A stretch of 62,667 nt of DNA from an uncultured Clostridium sp. (GCA_947165355.1 CAMUZZ010000003.1:1-62667), one strand, 5' to 3'; shown: positions 19,560 to 29,325, counted from the first letter of the stretch. Notes: generated by a model not told the origin, from the sequence alone. Made by a program: numbers and translations.

Positions 19560-21215
19560 ATGAAAAAAATACATAAAAAAGTATTGGGTAAATTTTTTAT
19601 AGCCTTACTTGTTTTATTTGGAATTATTAATTTTGCAATACCTACTAAAAATGTAAAGGCTAAAAATATTGGTGATACGGCATATTTAGAAAGAGATGAA
19701 AAAGGCTACTATACTGTTCAAAGATGGATAGGGAATAGATGGTCGTACATTATATACAGCATAACAAACTATATTGATGAAAATGGAGTAAAACGAGTTG
19801 CATATTGCGTTAACCCAGAATTAAACGGAATTGGTTACATAGATGGTGAATTTGAAGGATATGATGTTGAAGTAAAGAATTATTTAAATGATGAAAGACT
19901 TTGGAGAATATATACAAACGGTTATCCGTATAAAAGTCCATCAGATATGGGAGTAGAATACGACGAAGATGCGTATTTGGCAACAAAGCAAGCTGCATAT
20001 TGCATCATAAAGGGAATTGGTTTAGAAGAGGTGCGCACTGTATATAGGGCAGGTGAAGATCCAATTGATGGACAAGATTTAGAAGAAACAAATAGAAGAG
20101 GTCAAAAAATTGTAGATGCAATGTATAACTTAGTTAACATTGGCTACAATGGAACCAAAACTATGCAGCAAAACAACATAGTAAGTATTGAGCAAGTAGG
20201 GAATATAACAGTAGAAAACAATAATAAAGAATATTACTCAGTTAATTATAAAATTAATTCATCCGTTGAATGCAGAAAATATATAGTAAAAAGCATAGAT
20301 GGATTTCCAGAAGGATCATTTGTTGCGAATATAAAAGGAGATGAGCAATACGAGTTTTCGGAAAATGATTTATTTAAAATAATGATTCCTAAAAAGAACA
20401 TAAAGGATGAAATAAATGGAAGAATAAATGTTGCCGGCGAATGTAAAAATTATCCAATATTCTATGCAGAGGCAGTAGATGGAAACTATCAAAATTACGT
20501 GCTTTGCATAGATGAATACAGTAATAATATTGAAGCAAATTCTGAATTTAAATTAGATGTTAATAAGTGTAAATTACAAATTATAAAAACGGACAAAGAT
20601 TCACAGGTTCCAATTGAGGGGGTTAAATTTTCGGTTAAATACAAAGATGAAGATGTAATTGGAGAGTTTACAACAAATAAGGAAGGCAGAATTATAATAA
20701 GTAATTTAAAGCCAGGAGAAATTATTGTGAAAGAAATTGAAAGCAATAAAGACTACGTAATAGATTCAAAAGAAGCCAGCATAAAGCTAGAATTTGACGA
20801 GTTTAAAACGTTAAAGCTAACAAATGAACTAAAAAAAGGAAGTATAAAAATTATAAAGGTTGATTCACAAAACATAGAAACACGAATACCTGGAGTAAAA
20901 TTTGAAATATATGATGAAAATCAAAATTTTATTACAGAAGTAACAACAAATGAGAATGGTGAAGCATTTGTGGCTAATTTGCCAATAAATAAACAGTACA
21001 TAATTAAAGAAGTTGAAACAAACGAGCAATACGAATTATCAAATGATATTGTAACGATAAAGCTTGATGAAAATGAAATAAAAAGCATTACTTTTAAGAA
21101 CAAGAAAAAAGAAAACGAGAAAAAAACGTTGCCTCGAACGGGTTCAAATTACAGTAATTTAATGATTCACTTGTCGTTAACAATGCTAATAGTTTTAGTT
21201 AAACTAATCAAATAA
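19560..21215 (+). CDS. LPXTG-anchored adhesin: putative thioester-like head plus CnaB-type repeats
   Basis: Signal peptide. AYCVNPE Cys and YLATKQAAYC Gln contexts resemble thioester (TQxA) adhesin domains. Repeated GVKF.V/I...T..NGEA...L..G.Y...E modules. LPRTGS plus TM plus basic tail. Confidence 0.8.
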   Translation: MKKIHKKVLGKFFIALLVLFGIINFAIPTKNVKAKNIGDTAYLERDEKGYYTVQRWIGNRWSYIIYSITNYIDENGVKRVAYCVNPELNGIGYIDGEFEGYDVEVKNYLNDERLWRIYTNGYPYKSPSDMGVEYDEDAYLATKQAAYCIIKGIGLEEVRTVYRAGEDPIDGQDLEETNRRGQKIVDAMYNLVNIGYNGTKTMQQNNIVSIEQVGNITVENNNKEYYSVNYKINSSVECRKYIVKSIDGFPEGSFVANIKGDEQYEFSENDLFKIMIPKKNIKDEINGRINVAGECKNYPIFYAEAVDGNYQNYVLCIDEYSNNIEANSEFKLDVNKCKLQIIKTDKDSQVPIEGVKFSVKYKDEDVIGEFTTNKEGRIIISNLKPGEIIVKEIESNKDYVIDSKEASIKLEFDEFKTLKLTNELKKGSIKIIKVDSQNIETRIPGVKFEIYDENQNFITEVTTNENGEAFVANLPINKQYIIKEVETNEQYELSNDIVTIKLDENEIKSITFKNKKKENEKKTLPRTGSNYSNLMIHLSLTMLIVLVKLIK

Positions 21216-21219
21216 TAAA

Positions 21220-21263
21220 TGTAATAATTATGTAATAAAAGTGTAACATAAATGTAAAGTAAA
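21220..21263 (+). repeat. Four tandem 11-bp repeats with core TGTAA
   Basis: tgtaataatta / tgtaataaaag / tgtaacataaa / tgtaaagtaaa. Reverse-complement core of the 7541 array. 15 nt upstream of a -35 hexamer. Confidence 0.5.
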
Positions 21264-21278
21264 TATAAATTTAAATTA

Positions 21279-21307
21279 TTGATATAAAAATCTATATGAT
21301 GTAAAAT
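21279..21307 (+). promoter_or_regulatory. Promoter TTGATA-17-TAAAAT
   Basis: Same hexamer architecture as the 7592 promoter, upstream of CDS 21351. Confidence 0.4.
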
Positions 21308-21350
21308 AATATACGAATGAAGTTCAATAATATAGAAAGAAGGAAAACAT

Positions 21351-22997
21351 ATGAAAAAAATGAAAAAATTATTAGCAATTGTGATTGTAACTATGATGCT
21401 AGCGGTAAGCTTTTCTAATATTGCATTTGCGGCATTTCCAAGTGGAGAGGGTCAAGATAAAATAGAAACTGAATATGACCATGCTATGGAAGAATTAATC
21501 GATAATAAAAAATTAGCTTCGTATAATGATTTTATATCTGCATACCTTTTAAAGCATTATGTAAATCATCTAGCACTTAAATTATTAGATAGAGATTTAG
21601 TAACAAGAAGAGAAAATATAAAACCTGAAGATGATGGAATTATTCCAATTCATGCTTTTGATGGAGATAACAGCGGATTAGATGGATTAGCAGATGGAAC
21701 AATTGATGCTTCTGATGCTCAAACAATTCTTCAGATAACATTAGATGCTATTCGTCCTCATGAAGCAAGCACAGAATTATATGATGAATTTACAGCAAAA
21801 CTAAAAAAAGATGTTGCTGATTTCTTAGATGTTGATAGTAGTGAAATTAAAACAGATTTAATTGTTAAGGTAAATGATTCGGTTTTAGAAAAATACGGAA
21901 TTGAAGATTACAAAGTATTTGGTGGCGAAACCAATACAGTAATTGTTACTGATGATACTACTATTGAACAAAGAGAAGCATATTATGATGATGCAACTTA
22001 CCTAGGTGCAAAGATATTTGATGTTTCAAAAGAAGAACTAGATGACATGCTTGCAAATATGACTGAGGATGAAGCAGGCTATTTATTAGGTAAACTATAC
22101 TATGTAATAAGCCACTTACTAACTATTAGAGTTGAAAATACTGTTACAGTTGACGGTGAGGAAAGAGTGTATCGTATGACACTTGTTGCTGTTCCTGTTG
22201 AAGACGAAACAGTAGATGATTTAGCATTATATTTCTGCTGGGTACCTCAAGATATAGTTGATGATGATGAATTTGGAGTAAATATAAAATATTTTTCTAC
22301 TGTTCCAAAAACAGAAGTTGAATGGAAACAAGAAAACGGAACATTTTATCCACCATACTACGATAATGATATAGATAAAAAAGATTCTGATGTTGTTGTT
22401 AAAATAAGATCAAAAATCCAAGAAAAAATTGTTGCAGTAAATGGTGTTGCAATGAATGAAGATGGTACACCAAATAGCGAAGGTTGGTATTATCCAGATA
22501 AAAGAGATAAATATACAATAGCAAAGAGCTATCCATTCGACACATATAACACAACAGAGTTTAATGGTATTGTTAAAGAAAGTTTAACTATCACTGGTGA
22601 AAATGATGGAGAAGCTAAGCAAGATATATCTATACAATGGACATTCAGAAGAAGAAGCTTAAATCAAACAGAAAATGAAGATGAAAGTACAACAGTTACA
22701 ATTTCATTCAATTTACCAATAGATAAAGAGTCTATTCCTGAAGGATGGAATCCAATATATGATGCTGATGGAGAAACAATTCATGCAATTACAATGCTTG
22801 TTCCAAAGGGAAAAGGATACGACAAAGATGTTGTAGTAAAACAAAATGGCACAGAAGCAACAGTTTCAACAAAGGTAACAATTGCTCCAACAGTAATTCC
22901 TCAAGCGGGTGAAAGCTTTATATTTGCAGTAATTGTCTTAGGAATTCTAGTATTTGCAATTACAAGATTTAGAAAAATAGATAAGAACATTAAATAA
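21351..22997 (+). CDS. Secreted/surface protein with a dockerin-like Ca-binding repeat and C-terminal anchor
   Basis: Signal peptide ending FSNIAFA. DGDNSGLDGLADGTIDASDAQTILQ resembles a dockerin/EF-hand repeat. C-terminal IPQAGES plus hydrophobic stretch plus RFRKIDK. Confidence 0.6.
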   Translation: MKKMKKLLAIVIVTMMLAVSFSNIAFAAFPSGEGQDKIETEYDHAMEELIDNKKLASYNDFISAYLLKHYVNHLALKLLDRDLVTRRENIKPEDDGIIPIHAFDGDNSGLDGLADGTIDASDAQTILQITLDAIRPHEASTELYDEFTAKLKKDVADFLDVDSSEIKTDLIVKVNDSVLEKYGIEDYKVFGGETNTVIVTDDTTIEQREAYYDDATYLGAKIFDVSKEELDDMLANMTEDEAGYLLGKLYYVISHLLTIRVENTVTVDGEERVYRMTLVAVPVEDETVDDLALYFCWVPQDIVDDDEFGVNIKYFSTVPKTEVEWKQENGTFYPPYYDNDIDKKDSDVVVKIRSKIQEKIVAVNGVAMNEDGTPNSEGWYYPDKRDKYTIAKSYPFDTYNTTEFNGIVKESLTITGENDGEAKQDISIQWTFRRRSLNQTENEDESTTVTISFNLPIDKESIPEGWNPIYDADGETIHAITMLVPKGKGYDKDVVVKQNGTEATVSTKVTIAPTVIPQAGESFIFAVIVLGILVFAITRFRKIDKNIK

Positions 22998-23021
22998 TAA
23001 TATAGTTTAATAATATAATAA

Positions 23022-23058
23022 TCTCCGTGCTATAATTTAATAGCACGGAGAACTTTTT
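23022..23058 (+). terminator. Rho-independent terminator
   Basis: tctccgtgcta / tagcacggaga stem plus T-rich tail. Confidence 0.7.
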
Positions 23059-23139
23059 AAAAATACATATATAATCTTGACTAACTCTAATATTTATGCT
23101 ATAAATATTAAGTATTTAGTTTTTAAGTACAAAATATGT

Positions 23140-23214
23140 GGCCCCTTGGTCAAGCGGTTAAGACGCGGCCCTCTCAAGGCCGAATCATGGGTTCGATTCC
23201 CGTAGGGGTCACCA
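23140..23214 (+). tRNA. tRNA-Glu (anticodon CUC), CCA encoded
   Basis: Cloverleaf folds by eye: acceptor GGCCCCT/AGGGGTC, anticodon stem CGGCC/GGCCG with loop CTCTCAA, T-arm GGGTTCGATTCCC. Confidence 0.88.
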
Positions 23215-23260
23215 AATTAAGTAAAACAACTGTTACTTTAGTAGCGGTTGTTTTTTTTCT

Positions 23261-23962
23261 TTATTCTTTTAGCTCTTTGGCAAGTTTGCTAATAGCTTTG
23301 GTTTCAATTCGTGAAACGTAGGATCTAGATATTCCAAGCATCTTTGCTATTTGTTCTTGAGTAAGTGGCTTTTTTCCGTTTAAGCCAAAGCGCATTGTTA
23401 TAATTCCAAGTTCGCGCTCCTTTAAAATTTCTTTCATTTTAATATACATCTTTTTTATTTTAAACTTTATATCAACTTCATCTTCAATACTTCTTTCGTT
23501 ATTTTCTAGCACTTCTTGTAAACTAACGGTGTTATCGTCTTTATCTTTTCCAATTGTATCCTCTAGGTACACTTCACAATTTAGTTTTTTTGTACTTCTA
23601 AAATACATCAGTATTTCGTTATCAATACATCGAGAAACATATGTGGCAAGTCTAACTCCTTTTTCAGAATTAAAGCTATCAATGCCTTTTATTAGGCCAA
23701 TTGTACCAATTGAAATTAAATCATCTAAATTTTCATTTCCATTAGTAGTATACTTTTTACAAACATGAGCAACTAGCCTTAAATTATGCTCTATTAAAAC
23801 ACTTCTAGCAGATTGATCGCCAGATTCCATAAGCTCTATATATTGTTTTTCATCTTCAGTACTTAATGGCTCTGGAAAGAGCGTGTTTTTTGATATATAT
23901 CCAACTACGAACAGAGCTGTTTTACAAAATTCAATGAAGTTAAATAACGAAATAATAAGCAT
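23261..23962 (-). CDS. sigK: RNA polymerase sporulation sigma factor K (pro-sigma-K), uninterrupted
   Basis: Pro-sequence then YISKNTLFPEPLSTEDEKQYIELMESGD and LIEHNLRLVAHV..K, matching the pro-sigma-K pattern. Full regions 2-4; no skin-type insertion. Confidence 0.82.
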   Translation of the reverse strand: MLIISLFNFIEFCKTALFVVGYISKNTLFPEPLSTEDEKQYIELMESGDQSARSVLIEHNLRLVAHVCKKYTTNGNENLDDLISIGTIGLIKGIDSFNSEKGVRLATYVSRCIDNEILMYFRSTKKLNCEVYLEDTIGKDKDDNTVSLQEVLENNERSIEDEVDIKFKIKKMYIKMKEILKERELGIITMRFGLNGKKPLTQEQIAKMLGISRSYVSRIETKAISKLAKELKE

Positions 23963-24081
23963 ATGTAGCCTCCAAAACTATGTATAGTACATTATATGAT
24001 AAAAAAAATATCACGTGCCTGACCGTAATATATTTTTTAAATCAATTTAAATTGTAATGGAGTGTTAGAAGGTAAAAGAGC

Positions 24082-24116
24082 AAAAAAGAAATGTTACACA
24101 AAAAGTAACATTTCTT
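24082..24116 (-). terminator. Rho-independent terminator of glmS
   Basis: aagaaatgttac / gtaacatttctt stem with a T-run on the minus strand. Confidence 0.6.
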
Positions 24117-24196
24117 TATGTTTAATATTAGTTTTAAAATTAAGTATAAATTAAAGGTAAGCATACCTTAATTAAATAAACATTATAGTAATAAGC

Positions 24197-26038
24197 TTAT
24201 TCAACTGTAACTGATTTAGCAAGGTTTCTAGGCTTATCTACATCTAGTCCTTTATCTTTTGATATGTAGTAAGCTAGTAATTGAAGTGGAATAACAGATA
24301 AAATAGGAGATAGAAGTGGATGCACTTTTTCTATACGAACTATTTTATTTAAATCGGCATTTTTAATGTCTTGGTTTGTTACAACAAATGTTTTAGCCCC
24401 ACGGCTTATAACTTCAACAATATTGCTTATAGATTTTTCAACTAAATCTTCGTCAGTTAAAATACTTATAACTGTAATTCCGTTTTCTATTAGAGCAATA
24501 GGTCCATGTTTTAGCTCTCCTGATGCATATGCCTCTGAGTGAATATATGATATTTCTTTAAGTTTTAAAGATCCTTCCAATGCAACATTATAATCTGTTC
24601 CTCTTCCAATAAAGAATACATCCTTTTCGTTACTTATTTGTTTAGCAAAGTCTTTTACTTCGTTAGCTGTGTTTAATGAAGTTTCAATTTTCTTAGGTAA
24701 ATCTAGTATTTCTTTTTTTAGATTTTCTATTAATTCTTCATTTTGTCGCTCCAAAATTTCAGCAAAGTAAATAGCAAGAATTGCAAGTAAAACAACTTGT
24801 GATGTGTATGCTTTTGTTGATGCTACAGCAATTTCAGGTCCTGCATGTGTATATATTGTGTAATCAGCTTCTCTTGTTATAGAACTTCCAATAACATTCG
24901 ATACAGCAAGCGTTTTAGCTCCTTTTGATCTACATAGCTTTAGAGCTGCTATTGTGTCTGCAGTTTCGCCAGACTGACTTATGAAGATGCATAATGTTTT
25001 TTCGTCTACAATAGGGTTTCTATATCTAAACTCTGAAGCGATGTCCACTTCAACTGGAATATTGCATAAGTTTTCTATAAATTTCTTTCCAGTTAAACCA
25101 GCGTGCATAGCGGTACCACAGGCAACTATAAAAATTTTATTAACACTTAATAAATACTCTTTAGATATGTCTATATCACTGAAGTCTGTTGGCTTTTCTG
25201 GTTTTAATCGAGCACCAATTGTTTCTCTTATAGCTACAGGCTGTTCAAATATTTCTTTTAGCATATAATCTTCATATCCATTTTTTTCAGCAGCAGCAGC
25301 ATCCCATTCAATGTTTTTTATATCTTTTTTATGTTCTTGTAATTCTTTATTATAAAACTTAATACTATTTGAATTGATTACGGCATATTCATAATCATCT
25401 AATAAATAAAAATCTTTTGTATACTCAAGTAGGGCAGGTATATCTGATGCAACATGAAATCCATCTAAACCTTTACCAATAACAAGAGGGCTATCTTTAC
25501 GTACAACAATCATATCATCTGGTGATAGAGTACATAAAACTTCTATAGCAAAACTTCCTTTTAAATCTTTTGTTGCATTTATCACAGCTCTTAAAAATTT
25601 CAAATCATCGTTTGCAGAATCCTTTGAGAAGTAATAGCTAATTAAGTTTGGTATAACTTCTGTATCGGTTTGAGACAAAAATTTAAAACCGTTGTCTGTT
25701 AAAAAGTTTCTAAGCTCTGAATAGTTTTCAATAATTCCGTTATGAACAACTGCGAACATTTCGCTATTATCCATATGAGGATGAGCATTTTCTTTAGATG
25801 GTTTACCATGAGTTGCCCATCTTGTATGAGCAATACCAACAGTACCTGCTAACGAATTAATTTCAGGTATATCGTTTAAGTTTTTAACTCTTCCTTTATC
25901 TTTTAAAACACAAATTTTATTATTTTCAATTAAAGCAATTCCAGCTGAATCGTATCCTCTGTACTCTAATGAAGATAGTCCTTTCAGCAAAAATGGAGTG
26001 GCAATTTTGTTACCAACATAACCTACAATTCCACACAT
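24197..26038 (-). CDS. glmS: Glutamine--fructose-6-phosphate aminotransferase
   Basis: MCGIVGY N-terminal nucleophile, two SIS domains, C-terminal KPRNLAKSVTVE. Confidence 0.95.
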   Translation of the reverse strand: MCGIVGYVGNKIATPFLLKGLSSLEYRGYDSAGIALIENNKICVLKDKGRVKNLNDIPEINSLAGTVGIAHTRWATHGKPSKENAHPHMDNSEMFAVVHNGIIENYSELRNFLTDNGFKFLSQTDTEVIPNLISYYFSKDSANDDLKFLRAVINATKDLKGSFAIEVLCTLSPDDMIVVRKDSPLVIGKGLDGFHVASDIPALLEYTKDFYLLDDYEYAVINSNSIKFYNKELQEHKKDIKNIEWDAAAAEKNGYEDYMLKEIFEQPVAIRETIGARLKPEKPTDFSDIDISKEYLLSVNKIFIVACGTAMHAGLTGKKFIENLCNIPVEVDIASEFRYRNPIVDEKTLCIFISQSGETADTIAALKLCRSKGAKTLAVSNVIGSSITREADYTIYTHAGPEIAVASTKAYTSQVVLLAILAIYFAEILERQNEELIENLKKEILDLPKKIETSLNTANEVKDFAKQISNEKDVFFIGRGTDYNVALEGSLKLKEISYIHSEAYASGELKHGPIALIENGITVISILTDEDLVEKSISNIVEVISRGAKTFVVTNQDIKNADLNKIVRIEKVHPLLSPILSVIPLQLLAYYISKDKGLDVDKPRNLAKSVTVE

Positions 26039-26059
26039 TTAATTACATTCCTTTCTTTA

Positions 26060-26231
26060 TTTATATTGTATTCGAGAATATAACTAATGCTATAAATATT
26101 TCTCTGTAATTAATATTGCTACTAATTTTTAAAATATTCTAATGACATAGCCGTGCCATAGAGCATCCGCCGAATCTTTCGATAAACTCTAACCTCGTCA
26201 ACAATGCGTATATGCATTGTCCAGGCGCTTA
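26060..26231 (-). ncRNA. glmS ribozyme (GlcN6P-responsive) in the glmS 5' leader
   Basis: The minus strand reads AGCGCCTGGAC...TTGACGAGGTTAGAGTTTATCGAAAGATTCGGCGGATGCTC, matching the conserved core (AGCGCC, GACGAGG, UUAUCGAA, UUCGGCGGAUGC). The 3' boundary is approximate. Confidence 0.85.
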
Positions 26232-26342
26232 ATAATTAACCTCCTTATTAAAAATTTTTTTAAGTATATTCCAAATATGACATCATATTATAATAAAAAA
26301 ATTAATAAATCAACTTTTTTCTATGAGGTGGATGATGTGTAT

Positions 26343-26371
26343 TTTACAAACCGCTTAAAATATGGTATAAT
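26343..26371 (+). promoter_or_regulatory. Strong promoter TTTACA-17-TGgTATAAT for orphan ORF B
   Basis: -35 at 26343-26348, extended -10 at 26363-26371, then RBS aaaggagg before ATG 26436. Confidence 0.5.
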
Positions 26372-26435
26372 GCATGCATGGCTCTAGTATGAGCTTAAGA
26401 AACAAAAGGAAAACCACAACAAAGGAGGAACTTGT

Positions 26436-26852
26436 ATGATAAAAAATCAAGTACTTTTGGTTCTTATTACGATTCACCGGTTAGAATGTGCAGCTGGTGA
26501 CAAATTCGAGCTTGTGTTCGAGTATGGCATCTTAGATAAGATGGGCATGTGCAACAAGCGTTACGAGGCAGATAAGCTTCCGCAGTACTTAAGCGGAATT
26601 GCTGCTAGCTTCAGTCGCAGATGTCTTTCTCCTGAATTCGAGGATGTCTACAACGATTCCATGGTGGTTTACGATGGTAACAGAAAAAAGATGATTATGG
26701 CAAGTGAAATGAACAACCAAAACCTTAATCAAATTTTTGCTAGGGCCAATTGTAACAGTGGAAAGCAGTTTGAGCGTGTTTCAGAAATGGTAAAAGCTGC
26801 TTATGGACGTGTGGATGACTTATTCAGGGTAAGGTGGAATTACCCAATCTAA
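26436..26852 (+). CDS. Hypothetical protein, G+C-rich orphan cassette B (138 aa)
   Basis: Uninterrupted ORF. AT-rich for the first 14 codons, markedly G+C-richer after in-frame CGG at 26478-26480. No family recognised. Own promoter and terminator. Confidence 0.55.
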   Translation: MIKNQVLLVLITIHRLECAAGDKFELVFEYGILDKMGMCNKRYEADKLPQYLSGIAASFSRRCLSPEFEDVYNDSMVVYDGNRKKMIMASEMNNQNLNQIFARANCNSGKQFERVSEMVKAAYGRVDDLFRVRWNYPI

Positions 26853-26861
26853 AGAAGCAAA

Positions 26862-26905
26862 AAGAGTGTGTCAACAGGGACGGTTCTGTTTGACACACTC
26901 TTTTT
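26862..26905 (+). terminator. Rho-independent terminator after orphan ORF B
   Basis: agagtgtgtcaacag / ctgtttgacacactct long stem plus TTTTT. Confidence 0.7.
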
Positions 26906-26981
26906 GTCCACAATTACACCCATTGACACTAAAAAATATTATTAGTATAATTTGTGTAGTTTAATTAAGGGGGAGTTATTC

Positions 26982-27464
26982 ATGGAAGAGATTTCAATTG
27001 GTTCATACATGGCAGTAATTAGTATAGTTTATGCCGTAATTATAAGTTTATTTTTTATTACAATTTTAATAAGAAAAATAGGTTTATGGGGAATTTTTTC
27101 AAAGGCAGGCGAAAAGGAATGGAAGGTAATGGTACCTTTCTATAATCAAATTACTTTATTAAAAATTTGTAAATTGTCTCCATGGTTTATAATTTTGTAT
27201 ATAGATTTTTTAATTCCTATAGTAGGATTTTTGCTAGGCAGAGACGTTACATGGGCACTAATATTAGTATCTATAGGATTCATATGCTATAGATTTTTAA
27301 TATCAATAAAGTTAGGAATGTCATTTAAAAAGGGAGATGCGTTTGCATTCTTTATGGCACTATTCCCAACTATATTCTATCCAATAATTGGATGCTCAAA
27401 AGATGATGCTTTTACTGAAGTAAATATAGAAAAAAGAAGTAAGAAAAAATCAGAAGATAAATAA
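26982..27464 (+). CDS. DUF5684-like small membrane protein
   Basis: GLWGIFSKAGEKEWKVMVPFYNQITLLKI motif typical of this family. RBS aaggggga before ATG 26982. Confidence 0.55.
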   Translation: MEEISIGSYMAVISIVYAVIISLFFITILIRKIGLWGIFSKAGEKEWKVMVPFYNQITLLKICKLSPWFIILYIDFLIPIVGFLLGRDVTWALILVSIGFICYRFLISIKLGMSFKKGDAFAFFMALFPTIFYPIIGCSKDDAFTEVNIEKRSKKKSEDK

Positions 27465-27531
27465 AGAAATGTTGCCAAAGAGAAAGCTCTTTGGCACGTA
27501 TTGTATTAAAAGAAAAAGAAGAGGAAATAAA

Positions 27532-29325
27532 ATGTTTGATATTGAAAAGGAGATTAAAAAGCTTCCAAACAAGCCTGGCGTATATATAATGCATGACAAA
27601 AACGACAAAATAATATACGTAGGAAAAGCAATTAATTTAAAGCGACGTGTAACTTCATATTTTAGAAAAACAAATAAAACTCAAAGAATACAAAACATGG
27701 TTGCTTTAATAGATCACTTTGAATATATAGTTGTTGAAAATGAAGCAGAGGCTCTTATTTTAGAGTGTAATTTAATAAAAAAGAATATGCCAAAGTTTAA
27801 TGTTTTACTTAAAGATGATAAAACATATCCATATATAAAAGTAAACGTTAAGGCAGATTATCCAGGAATATATTTAACTAGAAGAATAATTAATGATGGT
27901 TCAAAATATTTTGGTCCATATGCCAATTCTGGAAGTGCAAAAGAAATGGTCGACTTTATTAAAAATAAATTTAAAATAAGACAATGCAAAAGTTTTAAAT
28001 ATAAAGATAGACCATGTTTGAACTACCATATAAAGAAGTGTATGGCTCCGTGTATGGGATATATTTCGAAAGAAGATTACAGAAAAATTATAAATGAGAT
28101 AATAGATTTGCTTGAAGGTAAGACCGACAAAATGATTAAGGAGCTAAAGGCAGAAATGAACAAAGCTTCTGAAAACATGGATTACGAAACTGCTGCAAAT
28201 ATAAGAGATAAAATAATTGCAATTGATAATGTTACAAAACGACAAAAAGTTTCAAATATGGGCGAAAACGACATTGATGTTATAGGTATTGCTCGAAATG
28301 ATTTTGAAGTGTGCATTGAAATGTTTTTTGTTAGAAGAAGCAAGATGATAGCAAGAGAGCACTATTTCTTTAAAGGATTACAAGATGAAGATAGTGCAGA
28401 AATTATGTCAGATTTTATTAAGCAATATTACATAGGTAAAACAGAGCTTCCAAATAAAATAATGATTAAAGAAGAAATAGAGGATAAGGAGCTACTAGAA
28501 CTTTTACTTACGCAATCTGCAGAGCATAAGGTTGAAATAAAAACACCTCAAAGAGGTGAAAAGCTAAAACTTGTAGAAATGGCAGAAAACAATGCGTATA
28601 TTACTTTAAACAATAAAGAAAAAGATAAGCACAATGTTTTAACAGAGCTTAAAGAGGAGCTAAATTTAAATGATTATCCTAGAAAAATAGAATGTTATGA
28701 CATATCAAATATTTCCGGTAACTTTATTGTTGCTGGAATGTGTGTTATGGAAAATGGAGTTATTAAAAAGAATTTAGCAAGAAGATTTAAAATAAAAACA
28801 GTAATGTATGATCAAGATGATCCAAAATGTATGAAAGAGGTAATATCAAGAAGACTTAAACATTCTATTAATAAGGAAGATGAGGGTTTCGGAAGATTAC
28901 CGGATCTTATTTTAGTTGATGGTGGAATAACCCAAATTAGGGCTGCAAAGCAAGCTACAAATGAGCTAAATCTGGATATACCAATATTTGGTATGGTAAA
29001 AAATGACAAGCACCAAACAAGAGCTTTAATGAATGAAAATAGGCAGGAACTTAAAATTTCTGATACGTTATTTAATACTATAACAATGTTCCAAGATGCA
29101 GTTCATGATACTGCTATTGGTTACCATAGAAAACTAAGGGATGAATCAATGATCAAATCTAAACTAGATGAAATTCCAGGAATTGGTACTGCTAAAAAGG
29201 CACTTCTACTTAAAAAATTTGAATCTGTAGACAAGATATCAAAAAAGAGCGTAGAAGAACTTACAGAAGTAAAAGGTATCAACAAGGAACTAGCAGAGCT
29301 TATATTAAAATATTTAAACAATTAA
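27532..29325 (+). CDS. uvrC: Excinuclease ABC subunit C
   Basis: GIY-YIG N-terminus (PGVYIMHDKNDKIIYVGKA), UvrB-interaction and endonuclease V-like regions, C-terminal (HhH)2. Confidence 0.93.
   Translation: MFDIEKEIKKLPNKPGVYIMHDKNDKIIYVGKAINLKRRVTSYFRKTNKTQRIQNMVALIDHFEYIVVENEAEALILECNLIKKNMPKFNVLLKDDKTYPYIKVNVKADYPGIYLTRRIINDGSKYFGPYANSGSAKEMVDFIKNKFKIRQCKSFKYKDRPCLNYHIKKCMAPCMGYISKEDYRKIINEIIDLLEGKTDKMIKELKAEMNKASENMDYETAANIRDKIIAIDNVTKRQKVSNMGENDIDVIGIARNDFEVCIEMFFVRRSKMIAREHYFFKGLQDEDSAEIMSDFIKQYYIGKTELPNKIMIKEEIEDKELLELLLTQSAEHKVEIKTPQRGEKLKLVEMAENNAYITLNNKEKDKHNVLTELKEELNLNDYPRKIECYDISNISGNFIVAGMCVMENGVIKKNLARRFKIKTVMYDQDDPKCMKEVISRRLKHSINKEDEGFGRLPDLILVDGGITQIRAAKQATNELNLDIPIFGMVKNDKHQTRALMNENRQELKISDTLFNTITMFQDAVHDTAIGYHRKLRDESMIKSKLDEIPGIGTAKKALLLKKFESVDKISKKSVEELTEVKGINKELAELILKYLNN

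Noticed and set aside
23136-23321. 61-aa plus-strand ORF.
   Set aside because: It is the translation of tRNA-Glu and the adjacent bidirectional terminator, not a gene.
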